Source: Chloropicon primus
Lineage: Eukaryota
Direction of reading: 5' to 3'
Length of the DNA stretch: 64,000 nucleotides
Assembly (NCBI GenBank): GCA_023205875.1
Contig: CP060770.1
Span: 124,001-188,000 of the forward strand
Part shown: positions 1 through 9,937 of the stretch, in pieces
Layout: each line of letters opens with the position of its first letter
How positions within the stretch are numbered: position 1 is the stretch's first letter
Position numbers and translations under genes: made by a program
The notes under the pieces: generated by a model
Told to the model about the DNA's origin: nothing
The model's database searches: none
What the model saw: the letters and a program-made list of their open reading frames with translations, nothing else

Positions 1-216
1 CAAGGGTGAGTTGGGACGGGTAAAGGGCAAGGTAAGCGAGGTGGGGCAAAGCAGAGGGCTGCAAGTGAAAGAATGGTGCTCTCCAGCTTTCCAAAGAGCC
101 CTCACTTGAAGAGAATGGTGTTGTGGTGAGTTGTGTTTAGCTTAACATGAACAACATCTTTGTGGTGTCTTTGTGTTGTGTCACCTGTTAGTGGTACGAG
201 GAGGAGACTTAGCGCG

Positions 217-780
217 ATGAGTGGCGATGCAATGGTGATAGGAGCAAGCGAGGGAGGCGAGAACAGCCCAAGAAGTCGGTTAGGAAAGAAGCACCTCCAC
301 CCGAGCAACGAGTACCAGTCGTGGGACTATCTCAAGGGAAGCGGTCCAGCTGCACCTGACGCGAACCATCCGGACCACAAGCCAAGGTTCAAGCCGGGTT
401 GGAAGACTAGGAAGAAGGAGAAGGACATCAACCCTTGGAGCGAGAGGGTTGCCTTTGAGGAGGGCAAGGCAAAGGTTTATGAGAAGTATCAGGAGCACAA
501 GAAGGCAGAGTTGCTGAAGAGGAGCTCCAAGTACAACCCAATCAGCGGGGAGTTCATGAACAACTCTGGGAACTGGGAGCCTGCGAGCGACCCTTGGGCC
601 CACATCCAGAGCGGCAAGAAGCTCGTGCAGCCCTCGGCTAGCTCGCAGGAGAAGAAGCAGAGGAAAGCAAAGGGTCAGGTGGTGCGTGCTCAGCTCAGGC
701 AGGACAGGATAGTCACGGAGGGGCTCTTCGCCACGAAGAAGGGGGACTGCGTGGGCCACGTCTTCGGCACCGCGGACTGA
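217..780 (+). CDS. Hypothetical basic, hydrophilic protein (~187 aa)
   Basis: ATG at 217 in ORF 160..780; codon usage like neighbouring genes (AAG/GAG-rich); no family recognised. Confidence 0.6.
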   Translation: MSGDAMVIGASEGGENSPRSRLGKKHLHPSNEYQSWDYLKGSGPAAPDANHPDHKPRFKPGWKTRKKEKDINPWSERVAFEEGKAKVYEKYQEHKKAELLKRSSKYNPISGEFMNNSGNWEPASDPWAHIQSGKKLVQPSASSQEKKQRKAKGQVVRAQLRQDRIVTEGLFATKKGDCVGHVFGTAD

Positions 781-832
781 GAGAGCAACAACAAAGGGAA
801 CTTGGATATTCTGTAAAATAGAAATACAATTT

Positions 833-3307
833 TCATGTCTGCATCATGCTGTTCAGCCGCTCTTCCGTCAGGAGCATCTGGCTGTTCGTGGCGCCGTCGA
901 AAGGCTGGGCCATGGATCGCATGAATTGCCTCGCCACCGCCAACAGCATGCTTTCGTCTGTGCCAAAGGAAAGAGAGAGAGAGAGAGAGAGGAAGATATT
1001 GTGTTTTGGTCAGTGTTCTGCCTCGCCCACCGAGGTGGGCGCTCGATTTCTTTCGACTCACCCAGGTGCATGTGCGCCTCCTTTATTCTTTGGGAGATCC
1101 AGGCGGGCAGCTTGTCCCTCTTGTCCGCCCTCGCGTACCGCCGGTCCGCCAGGACCATGAGGCCGTAATCCGCCTTGGATCTGATGACGCGGCCAACGCA
1201 CTGGGCGGCCTGCCTCACGGCATCAAACGCGAGGAAGTCCGACTCACTCACGCCGTGCGTCTCCCTCAAGTACTCGAGCCTCGCTCTCAGAATTCTGGAA
1301 AGGGTATACTGGTACGGGACTCCGAACATGACAACGCAGCGCCCGTAGTGCCTGTCAAAATCTATACCTTCCGCGACCTTTCCCCTCGCCACGGAGAAAA
1401 ACACTGCCCCCCTGCCGCAGTCACAGGCTCTTCTGTAGTTGTCCAAAGCCAGCGTCGTCTCCACCACGTCTTGCGTCTCGATGAAGACCAACTTGTTTTG
1501 CATGATGTCCCTGAGTATCCCCATGTCGCTCCACTGGCTCACGATTTTGTCCATGTACAGGTAAGACACGAAGAAGCACACTATGCCGTCAGGAACAACG
1601 GCGGAGAGATCCACCAGGAGCTTGCCGTAGTTCCTCACGACCCCAGGATCGTCTCGCATCTCAAACGCGGAGCTCACTGGCATCTGATCGGCACCCTTGG
1701 TCAGGATCACGGGGCAGATGCAGTCCCTCACAAGGGTCATGTTCAGACTCTGGATCACGACGGGGTGAAAGTTCAGGATCTTTGGGTACAAGTCGATGGG
1801 ACTCAGCGTGCCGCTCGTGATGACCACGGACTGGAACTTGTCGAACACCGGCCTCACCGCCAGGGAGGAGTCGAGGCAAGAGAGCTGTATGACGGGGTCT
1901 GGCACCGAAGGCAAGCGCTCGTCGTAAGGCTCAATAATGATGGCGAACCCTCTGTCGTAGGTGCCCACCAAGGTGCCGAAATCAGCCACAAGCTGAAGCC
2001 CGTAGTAGTCATCCGTGTCAATGATCTCCAGCGTCTTCATCAGGGACTGGAGCCTGTCGTAGCAGAACTTTAGGGACTTGCTGTCAATCTGGCTCGAGTT
2101 CCTCAGCTTGTCGAGGAAGGACGTCGGGTTCTCTGACTGGAACTGCTGCGCCCCTAGCCTCTCCTTGAGGTGCTCCACGAATCTGCGAAGGAATGCCATG
2201 AAGTGCTCCGCCCTCCGAATGTTTCCTGGCACCGCCTCCTGAAGGATGTCTTGCGGCAGGGCAGGGTTGCTGAGCCACTCCTCCCCTCCCTGAGGGATCG
2301 CCCCCTGCTGCGCCAGGCCCCTCACAAGCCTGTTGTACTCGTCAGAAAGTCTTTGGGCATCTGTCGCTTTGGCCTCCTCGATCTTGTTCTTCAGGCGTGC
2401 GATGGACCTCGTGGCGTTGTCCAAGGTCTGCTGCCTCAGGTTCACGCTCAGCGCCTCGATGCAGACGTTATCGATGTTGTGGGCCTCATCGAAGACCACG
2501 ACGCACTCCCTCTCGAGTTCCCTGGAAACCAGGCTGCTGACCTTGGGGTCCAGCATGTACTGATAGTTGTACACGATGACGTTGGCGTAGCTTATCATGT
2601 GCCTCGCCAGAAAGTAAGGGCACCAACCCTTTTGCTGACCGAAAACCTTCAGGTCATCTAGAGTGTACACTCCGGGGGGAAGAATAGCTTCCGCGCCCTT
2701 TGCTTCGTACTGCTCGTAGAAGCTGCAAAGCTCGTAATCGCTCGGCTTATCAACTGCCTTCTCCCTCACCCAGCTTGCCGTGAGCTTCCGGCACTTTGCG
2801 TCCACGCTCTCCCTGCTCACTTCCTGCAAAGCAATCGGATCAGTCGGGCAACAACACCCGAGCAGCAGCAGTAATAGTAGTAGTAGGGGAGAAGGCGTCG
2901 TTAGAGGGGAAGTGCAACGAATCGCGCCAAGCCTTTCTTACCTCGCGAACGGACTGGTGGATGCACATGTTCTTCCTGCTGCTCAACCCAAGAGCAAGGA
3001 TGGGGGCCTTCACGCCCAGCTCCCGTTCTCGGAAGCTGATCAAATTCTGCAACTCCTCGAGAACTTTTTCCATCTCGGGCACAGTTCTCGTGCAGTACAC
3101 CAGCTTGCCGACCTCAGGATGCTGAAGCTGGTACGAAGTTATCAGAGAAAGCAACGTCACTGTCTTGCCTGTCCCCGTGGGCATCTCCAGCAAACAGTGC
3201 CCTTTGGCGTCCAGGGAGTGCTTCAACTCGAGCATATACCGGTACTGCTCGGGGTACATCCTGTCGTACGGGAAGTACACCGTGAGATCTTCAAGCTGGA
3301 ACTTCAT
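833..3307 (-). CDS. XPD: TFIIH helicase XPD (ERCC2/RAD3/UVH6), 3 exons
   Basis: [14 protein letters not shown] start, Walker [14 protein letters not shown] box, [30 protein letters not shown] introns 2824-2941 and ~958-1061; last exon ...[12 protein letters not shown]..., TGA at 835-833. Confidence 0.97.
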
Positions 3308-4270
3308 TGTCGGCGACTTGTTGGGCCGTCCAATCCGTGTATTCACTCCAATTCACCCAAACCTCTCAGGGATCGCCTCTCCCTTTGCTTTCACAACCTC
3401 ACCAGTCGATGCAAAACGGTGTCCGTCATGTGATCTCGCGGCAAACCTCTGACGATTCGAGCTCCTTCCGCCTGGCCTAACCCTCACTCGCCGTCTCGTG
3501 GCGCCCCTGAGTCCTCTGTCGCGCCAACCTGGCAACCAGGCCTCCGCCTTGGCCTCCTTCTCTCACCAATCCCTGCAACTTCCCTACCCCTACGTCCTTG
3601 TCACCGCCTCACCGAGCGCTTTCATGGCGAAACCCCGTCGTGTAAAGTATCGTTGGAAAGCTCTCGAGACGTAGTATCTTCCACCGTCGTCTTCTTCTCC
3701 TTTTGGTGTCGTCCTCGTCGTCCACCTCCTCGTTTCGTGACAACACAACACAACTCCTCTCGGGCAGCAAGGATCCCCTGGATTGAGGAGAGAGAGAGAA
3801 AGTGGATGAAGGCCAAAGGTGAGGGTGATGATGATGGTGATGGTGATGGAGGAGGAGGAGGAGTGGATGGATGGATGGATGGCGTGGTCTCTTCCCGTTT
3901 CCAAAAAACTCTCACTCGTACCCCCACCTCACCCCTTTGATTCCCTGGAGGAAGAGAGTGAGAGTGAGAGTGAGACCGAGAGGGGGATGAAGCCAAAGGG
4001 AAGCGAAGCAGTCGTCGCCCTGCATGTGTGTGTGGTTATAGAAAGAGAATGTCTTTGTCTGTCTCGGATTAGAGCTATAATTTATGTCGTCTTGAATCTA
4101 CGAGGGTTTCCAAAGTGCCGGTGATGCTTTGCTTCTGCAAACCGAGCCGTCTGTCTGTGCACCACCTTCCGCCCGTCCCCCCGCCGCGCCGCGTTCGCGA
4201 GAGCGGAACGCGTGCCCGTGCGTCTTGCCCGTGCCCTGTCCCCCTGCCGGGCTCGCCGCGGATCCAGCGG

Positions 4271-4681
4271 TCAAGCGAACTGCCCTATCTCGCACTGCGC
4301 CCTCTGGTGGAGCACGAGCGACAGGAGGAAGGTCTGGGGCTTGGCTGCAGCCGGGAGGAGGTTCCTCGTCTGCTGCGGCGACACGGAGGAGTTCTTCGCG
4401 GTCCCCGGGTCCCGGATCTCGAGGGCGTCCTCCTCCGCGGACGCCATCAGGGTCTTGTAAAGCCTGTCGAAGAAGCTCGACAGGAACACGCCCATCCCCT
4501 TGCCCTGTCCCATCACCCTCATTCCCCTCTTCCTCGGCGACATCTGTCTGAGAACGAGCGAGGGGGAATACTTCACCTCCTTGGCTTGCGACACCACTCG
4601 CGTCGTCGCGCCGAATCCAGGACCTCCGTTCTGACGGTTCGGTATGCCATTCATGCTTCTCACTCTTTGGAGTCTCATCAT
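4271..4681 (-). CDS. Possible short hypothetical protein with transit-peptide-like N-terminus
   Basis: ORF 4271..4846 with internal MMRLQRVRSM... start; no homology recognised. Confidence 0.3.
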   Translation of the reverse strand: MMRLQRVRSMNGIPNRQNGGPGFGATTRVVSQAKEVKYSPSLVLRQMSPRKRGMRVMGQGKGMGVFLSSFFDRLYKTLMASAEEDALEIRDPGTAKNSSVSPQQTRNLLPAAAKPQTFLLSLVLHQRAQCEIGQFA

Positions 4682-4918
4682 CGCACAAACTAAACCACAC
4701 AACTTCACTTTTGTAGGTCCTCCCTCCCTTGTGCCCTCCTCACTCGTCGACCAAAGTATCAGCAGAATGGGTGCGTGGCTTCCACGAGGGACTCCTCCTC
4801 CTTTCCCACGCCCACCCCAGCCAGTCACCATCATAACCGACGCCAATCATTCGTAACGGCCGCAGCCATCGCCGCGCTGCCCCATTGATGGCAATCAAAT
4901 GATTTTTTCCCCTGCTCT

Positions 4919-5225
4919 ACCAAACAAAACACTTCTCCAAGCGACGTCACTTTTCCTAAACCAAGTTCTCTTACAGACGTTACCCTGTTATCGAACATCG
5001 CATTAAAATAGAAGAAACAGGGTAACGTCGATTGTCGATAATGTCTATCATAGAATACGTGGTTTGCTACGAGTGACATTAGTATATCTGGGAGGTGTGA
5101 GTCAAAGCAAAGGCGAGGCTCGCGAGGCGAGAGAGAGAGAGAGAGAGACTCCAGTGGCTGCTCCAGTGGCTGCATCATCGGGTTCATTGCATCCGGAGGA
5201 CCAGGACCAGGACGGCATCCGTATC
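4919..5225. repeat. Dispersed element family A, copy 1 (307 bp)
   Basis: Appears identical to 20253-20559; first ~180 bp also match 31959-32138 with divergence. Confidence 0.95.
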
Positions 5226-5582
5226 ATACGTAACGGCCGCAGCCATCGCTGCGCCCCCATTCATCATCATCATCATCATTGATGGCAATTGAAATGATTT
5301 TTTCCCCTGCTTCTAGGCTCTAGTCTGCAGACTTTTTGGAGTCAAAGCTCTTGGAAGTTTGGATAGATGGGATAGGGAGGACGAGTGGTGGGCCACCGGA
5401 GGACCGTAATGCGGGACAGGTCCACTCGAGACCTTTCCAAGGAGCATTCGCTTGCTCGGTTTGGGTTCTGTATTATTCTTGGGAAAGATGCAAGGAGGGA
5501 CTCTTCATAGGGTTGGTTGGTATTTATTGCAGTACAACAAACCGTACCTTGTGTTGTTGTCTTACACTTTCCCGTCTCACTG

Positions 5583-7088
5583 TTAAAACAAGCTGTAGTG
5601 GGCCCATCTCACCGGGTCGGGGTTGGGTTGGTACAATCCTCCCGACCCCTCGTGGAGGGGGGAGTACGCGCTGTTGTCCGAACCACATTCCTGCTTCTGC
5701 AACCAGAACAGAACGTGAAAGTGACCCCCGTCAGCCGCCAAGGCCAAGCTCCGCGAGTCGATGCCGCAGCCCTCCGAGAGCAGGTACTCGAGGACCTTGA
5801 TCTGACCCCTCGCGGCCGCACTCGAGCACGTGCTCTTGCCGATCTCGAAGCCGTTGGTTCTCAGCCACTTGATCACGTGGATGTGCCCTCCGGAGGCAGC
5901 AAAGTCGCACGCTTTGAGATCGACGGGGCACTCGACCGAGTACAGCCACTGCGCTATCTCCAGGTTCCCCGAGAAGCACGCCCTGTTGAACGCCTGCTGG
6001 TCCAGCGGGGCTCCCTCCTTGTGCAGGTACTTGACGACCTCAAGGTTCCCTGATTTGCACGCCCTGGGAAGCGTTTGGTTGTCCCAAGGGCAGCCTTGCT
6101 CTCTCAGCCACTTGACGGTCTCCAAATCCCCCGACCGAGCCCCTCGGTAGAACATGCCCTCGGAGAGCTGCCCCCCCTCGCCCCTGAGCCACTTGAGAAT
6201 GTGCAGAACCCCCCGGCGAGCCGCCTGGCAACTGTAGTGATGGACGTAACCGTACTCGGACGCTTGGGTGCCCTTCCGCTTGGACCACTTGAGCACCTCG
6301 AGCTGCCCAGATCCCGCGGCAGCAATGCCAGCGTTCACGTCAAAGTCCACACCCTTGCTCCACAGCCACTCCAAGATCTTTATGTCACCCTGGTACGCCG
6401 CGAGAATCATCAGGTCGCCTTCGTACAAGTATTGCTGCTTTATGCCGTTCCTCCAGCCCAGGGGGGATCCCGCCTGCAAGGTGGAGGGGAAGGAGGTGTA
6501 GATCCAAGTAAACCAGTCTTTGGTGAACTTGGGGGAATTCTTCATGATCGTCTTTCGCTTCAAGTCCGCCAGAGTCGTCTTGGAACCCTTCGTCTTCTCC
6601 AAGTGCAACCGGAGCATGTTCCGGAACATCTTGCAGGTCGCAGAGAAGGCCAGGTGGTCGTACTGCGCCACCCGCTTGGCAACCTCGTACCACACGTCCT
6701 GGTGGAGCAAAGAAGGCTTCTCATTCTCATCATTCTCATCCTCCTCCGTTGCACCACTCGACGTCCCCTCGTCTTCCTCACTTCCCATACGAGTACCCGC
6801 CAGCTCCTCCAACCGTGTGAACGCTGCCTTGAACGCTTTCCTCTGCTCCTCGAGCAGATCCGTGCGCCGCATGTGCCCGAGACTCCAGACAGGAGAGGCC
6901 TCCTCCTCCCCCTTCTTATCCCATGACGAGTCCCTGTCCTTCTTGTCCCTCTGACATAGACCACTCTTGCTGTTGTGACTCTCAAACTGAAGCACACTAA
7001 GGGCCGTCTTCCGCTTCAACTCGATCTCCCTTTTCCTCTTCCTCCGACCACTGAGCCTATCGGAAGCAGAGAGGTCACGATCTTCCAT
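5583..7088 (-). CDS. Ankyrin-repeat protein (degenerate 'GHLEVLKWLR..GCPWD' type)
   Basis: Repeated AAxxGxLEVLKWL units, GCPWD motif, F-box-like segment before the repeats, single exon. Confidence 0.9.
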   Translation of the reverse strand: MEDRDLSASDRLSGRRKRKREIELKRKTALSVLQFESHNSKSGLCQRDKKDRDSSWDKKGEEEASPVWSLGHMRRTDLLEEQRKAFKAAFTRLEELAGTRMGSEEDEGTSSGATEEDENDENEKPSLLHQDVWYEVAKRVAQYDHLAFSATCKMFRNMLRLHLEKTKGSKTTLADLKRKTIMKNSPKFTKDWFTWIYTSFPSTLQAGSPLGWRNGIKQQYLYEGDLMILAAYQGDIKILEWLWSKGVDFDVNAGIAAAGSGQLEVLKWSKRKGTQASEYGYVHHYSCQAARRGVLHILKWLRGEGGQLSEGMFYRGARSGDLETVKWLREQGCPWDNQTLPRACKSGNLEVVKYLHKEGAPLDQQAFNRACFSGNLEIAQWLYSVECPVDLKACDFAASGGHIHVIKWLRTNGFEIGKSTCSSAAARGQIKVLEYLLSEGCGIDSRSLALAADGGHFHVLFWLQKQECGSDNSAYSPLHEGSGGLYQPNPDPVRWAHYSLF

Positions 7089-7230
7089 GGTCTTCACTTC
7101 TCCCTCTCCCTTGCCTCTTCACAAGCCACTCCTTGAACACATCAATACGAGAGCCACAAGACAGACAGACAGGGAAACGCCTTGTTTCTCCTTCCTCGAG
7201 AGGAACAACAAGTCGAGTGAGGTGTCAATC

Positions 7231-7253
7231 GAAAGGTCTTGGAACAAGCTTTC
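7231..7253. promoter_or_regulatory. GAAAG-N13-CTTTC dyad (representative; other exact copies at 35233, 37916, 44586, 45170, 50837, 62813, 62991)
   Basis: Exact pattern read at 8 intergenic positions; regulatory role is inferred only. Confidence 0.6.
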
Positions 7254-7736
7254 GTCTTTTTATACAATCGTCCTCCCTTTCGCCTTCAACGCGTCAGAAA
7301 CTCCTCCAAGGACTACTCCTTGCTTCCTACCAGACTGCTGGTTTAGGTTTTAGGTTTCTGGAATCATATGGAATATCATATAGAATATCATATGGAATCA
7401 TAAGATAAGCGGAGATGAGACCAGATGAAGAAGGACAGAAAAGTCTCCACAGAGGAGGATCAGGGACAAGAAAAAGCATCTCGTCTCCCTTTTCTTTCCG
7501 ACCTTCGACCTTGATATCATCAGATCTTCGTATGATATGATAGCCTATGATATATCATTGATGATCCAGGACGGAGAGGCGTGTCCGAGGCATACGAGGA
7601 AGGACCCTCCTCCTCCTCCTCATCGTCGGAATGTTTTTGGTTTTGGTTTCGTGGATCGGTCCAATCCGAGGAGAACGCTGAAAGCGTGGGGTGAATGATG
7701 AATGCTAAGCTTTTTGCACGTTTGATAGGATGATGT

Positions 7737-8798
7737 TCAGACCAAGCCACTGGAAGTAATTCGGATCGTGGAGAAGGGCCTGTTGAACCCCCTCTCCGCG
7801 ACCTTGGCTCTGCCGTCCCCCGCTGCCTTGCCCAACCTAAAACCAATGTTGTCTTCGTTGTTCCGGTTGACGGGTAGACTGCCGATGGACTTGAGGACCT
7901 CAATCGACGAGGGGTCCTTCACACGCCCGACAATCAAGTTTGTCTGATCCAGCTTCTCGAGTTCCTTGGCATCGGCTTCCCCGAGGGTGAACGCAAACGA
8001 GGTACCCGAGGGGGGGAGGGGCATCAAATCAGCTCTTGGGTAGTCGGCGACAACCTCCAGCTTGCCATTTCGAGAAACGAGTTTACCGGAAGGTGCTTCG
8101 ACTTTGTCGGCATCCTCTCGCACTCGCAGCGATAGCCAGAACCCCCCTTCATCTTTGTGACTCCGGCTCTGCTCCTTGAGCTCCGCTTCGAGCTTGCTTC
8201 TCTCTTGGCTCTCCCCGCCGGAGAGTTCTGAGCACTTCATCGCGGTTGCTTTGAGCCGGGTAGCGGTTGGGCCAGAAGATGAGATGAACCCCGGCGTGAT
8301 GAAGTCAAACTTTGATCCAGTGATCAGGGAATTGGGCAGCTTCATGCAAGCGAGTTCACCGGTGGCCAGCTCGACGAACTTCTTCACGCCTGCTGGACCA
8401 CCACAGTCGAGATCAACGACGACCCTTCCAAAGGACTCCCCATCCACCTCCACCTCGAGGTACACCCTGAGCGCTCCTCCTCGTTGCGTCACTTGCACGG
8501 CACCCACCTCTCGTTCCTCTCCTTCCGCCTGAGCCACCAACTCTGCCGCGCCTTCCACGTCCGCCCGTGCCTTCTGTGCTGAGGCCGTCATCCCAAGCAG
8601 GAACATCGACAACGACAACGACAACGACCGCCTCTTCCACGGCTGAGCAGCAGGATCACGGCCGTCAGTCGAAGGGGAGGCAGAGGACGAGGAGGTTGAC
8701 GACGATCGCACGGAGCAGCACGGACGATTCCTCCCGGCACTGCTCCTGAGAGGCTGACGAGCCACTCGCATGGCCAACACCTGTCCGCCAAATCCCAT
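7737..8798 (-). CDS. Thylakoid-lumen cyclophilin-like protein, CYP26-2-like
   Basis: Bipartite transit peptide (RR, hydrophobic stretch, ARA), VYLEVEVDGESFGRVVV, C-terminal VAERGFNRPFSTIRITSSGLV resembling plant CYP26-2. Confidence 0.8.
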   Translation of the reverse strand: MGFGGQVLAMRVARQPLRSSAGRNRPCCSVRSSSTSSSSASPSTDGRDPAAQPWKRRSLSLSLSMFLLGMTASAQKARADVEGAAELVAQAEGEEREVGAVQVTQRGGALRVYLEVEVDGESFGRVVVDLDCGGPAGVKKFVELATGELACMKLPNSLITGSKFDFITPGFISSSGPTATRLKATAMKCSELSGGESQERSKLEAELKEQSRSHKDEGGFWLSLRVREDADKVEAPSGKLVSRNGKLEVVADYPRADLMPLPPSGTSFAFTLGEADAKELEKLDQTNLIVGRVKDPSSIEVLKSIGSLPVNRNNEDNIGFRLGKAAGDGRAKVAERGFNRPFSTIRITSSGLV

Positions 8799-9659
8799 CT
8801 TAATGCCAATGAACGCGACTCTAATGGCGTCAAACCAGTCAACCAAACTACGAATCAAAGAACGTGAGTCACGATACCGCTAGATGCTGGTCGATATCCC
8901 TCCCAGCGCTCCAATCTCCCTCTACTTCCTCCACAAAGTCACTCCATCCCAATCGAAACCTGCTTCAGCAAACACTGATGCGAACCTCGTCGAGCACTCC
9001 GAGCGTCAAACGCGTCAACCAAGGTACCGTTCGAAAGCCCTCAAGACGTAGCTTCGCTCAATCGAGTTCTCTAACGCACCACTCCTCGTTCTCGTCGTCC
9101 AATCCCTCGAGCGACACTTCCTTCTTCCACCCACTTCCCATCAATCGCTAGGAAGCGGAGAGCAGAGAGAAGTTGTGAGCAGTGGAGAAGTTGTGAGGCA
9201 AGGTGAGTCGTGGAAACGAGTTGATGCGTCCAAGGGAAGGGAAAAGGGAGAGTGGAGGCGTGGAAGGATGGAAGCATTGTCTCATTACCTTTCGATGGAT
9301 ACCTCACTCGAGTGAAGTGCTTCCAAGGTGAAAAACTTTTGAGGACCTTGGGTCACTAACTCTTGGCCTTGCTGCTGCTGCTGCTACTGCTGCTGCTGCT
9401 GCTGTTGTTGTTCTAGAGGTTGGCAGGGTCGTGGTGTTGCCCGAATTGTCTCTAGAGTATCGAAGAGGGCAGGAATACCAGGCATGACATGCACAGGAAC
9501 GGGGTTGGTCGTTGAGTACCGTGGCCACCTGCTTATATGACGAAGGGTTTGAAGCACAGCGCAGCACAGGACCTTTGAAGCTCAAGGCGCACACACACAG
9601 GGCCACGTAGACTTGTTTGCTTGTTGAAGGCCTTGGTTTCAGGAAGTGGCACCGCTAGG

Positions 9660-9935
9660 ATGGAAGGCAGGGGCAAGAGCGACAAGAGGGTGGCGGGGAA
9701 GAAGGCCAAGGAGGACAAACCTTGCCCGAAGAAGGAACAGGATGAACTCGTCAAGGTCACGCACCACTGTGACCCCTCTTTCGATTACAGCATAGACCTG
9801 GTGAACAAGCCCGATCCGGATGAGAGTTCGGACGACAAGCTGAAAGCTCTCGAGGCCATCCCCGTCCGGAAGGGTTTGCTGTATGACCATATGTATTGCT
9901 TCTCCTTTAAATCACAAAATAGTTCATGGTATTAA
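9660..9935 (+). CDS. Small hypothetical protein (~91 aa)
   Basis: ATG 9660, coding-like composition, stop abuts the stop of the convergent giant gene. Confidence 0.4.
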   Translation: MEGRGKSDKRVAGKKAKEDKPCPKKEQDELVKVTHHCDPSFDYSIDLVNKPDPDESSDDKLKALEAIPVRKGLLYDHMYCFSFKSQNSSWY

Positions 9936-9937
9936 GT

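Noticed and set aside
4950..4965. cctaaacc in family A as a telomerase RNA template
   Set aside because: Multi-copy element, no other telomerase RNA features identifiable, telomere unit not verifiable here
4978..4992. GATAACAGGGTAA (minus strand) resembling the I-SceI site / LSU rRNA core
   Set aside because: Only 13 of 18 bases match and the flanks show no rRNA similarity; it is one arm of the family A hairpin
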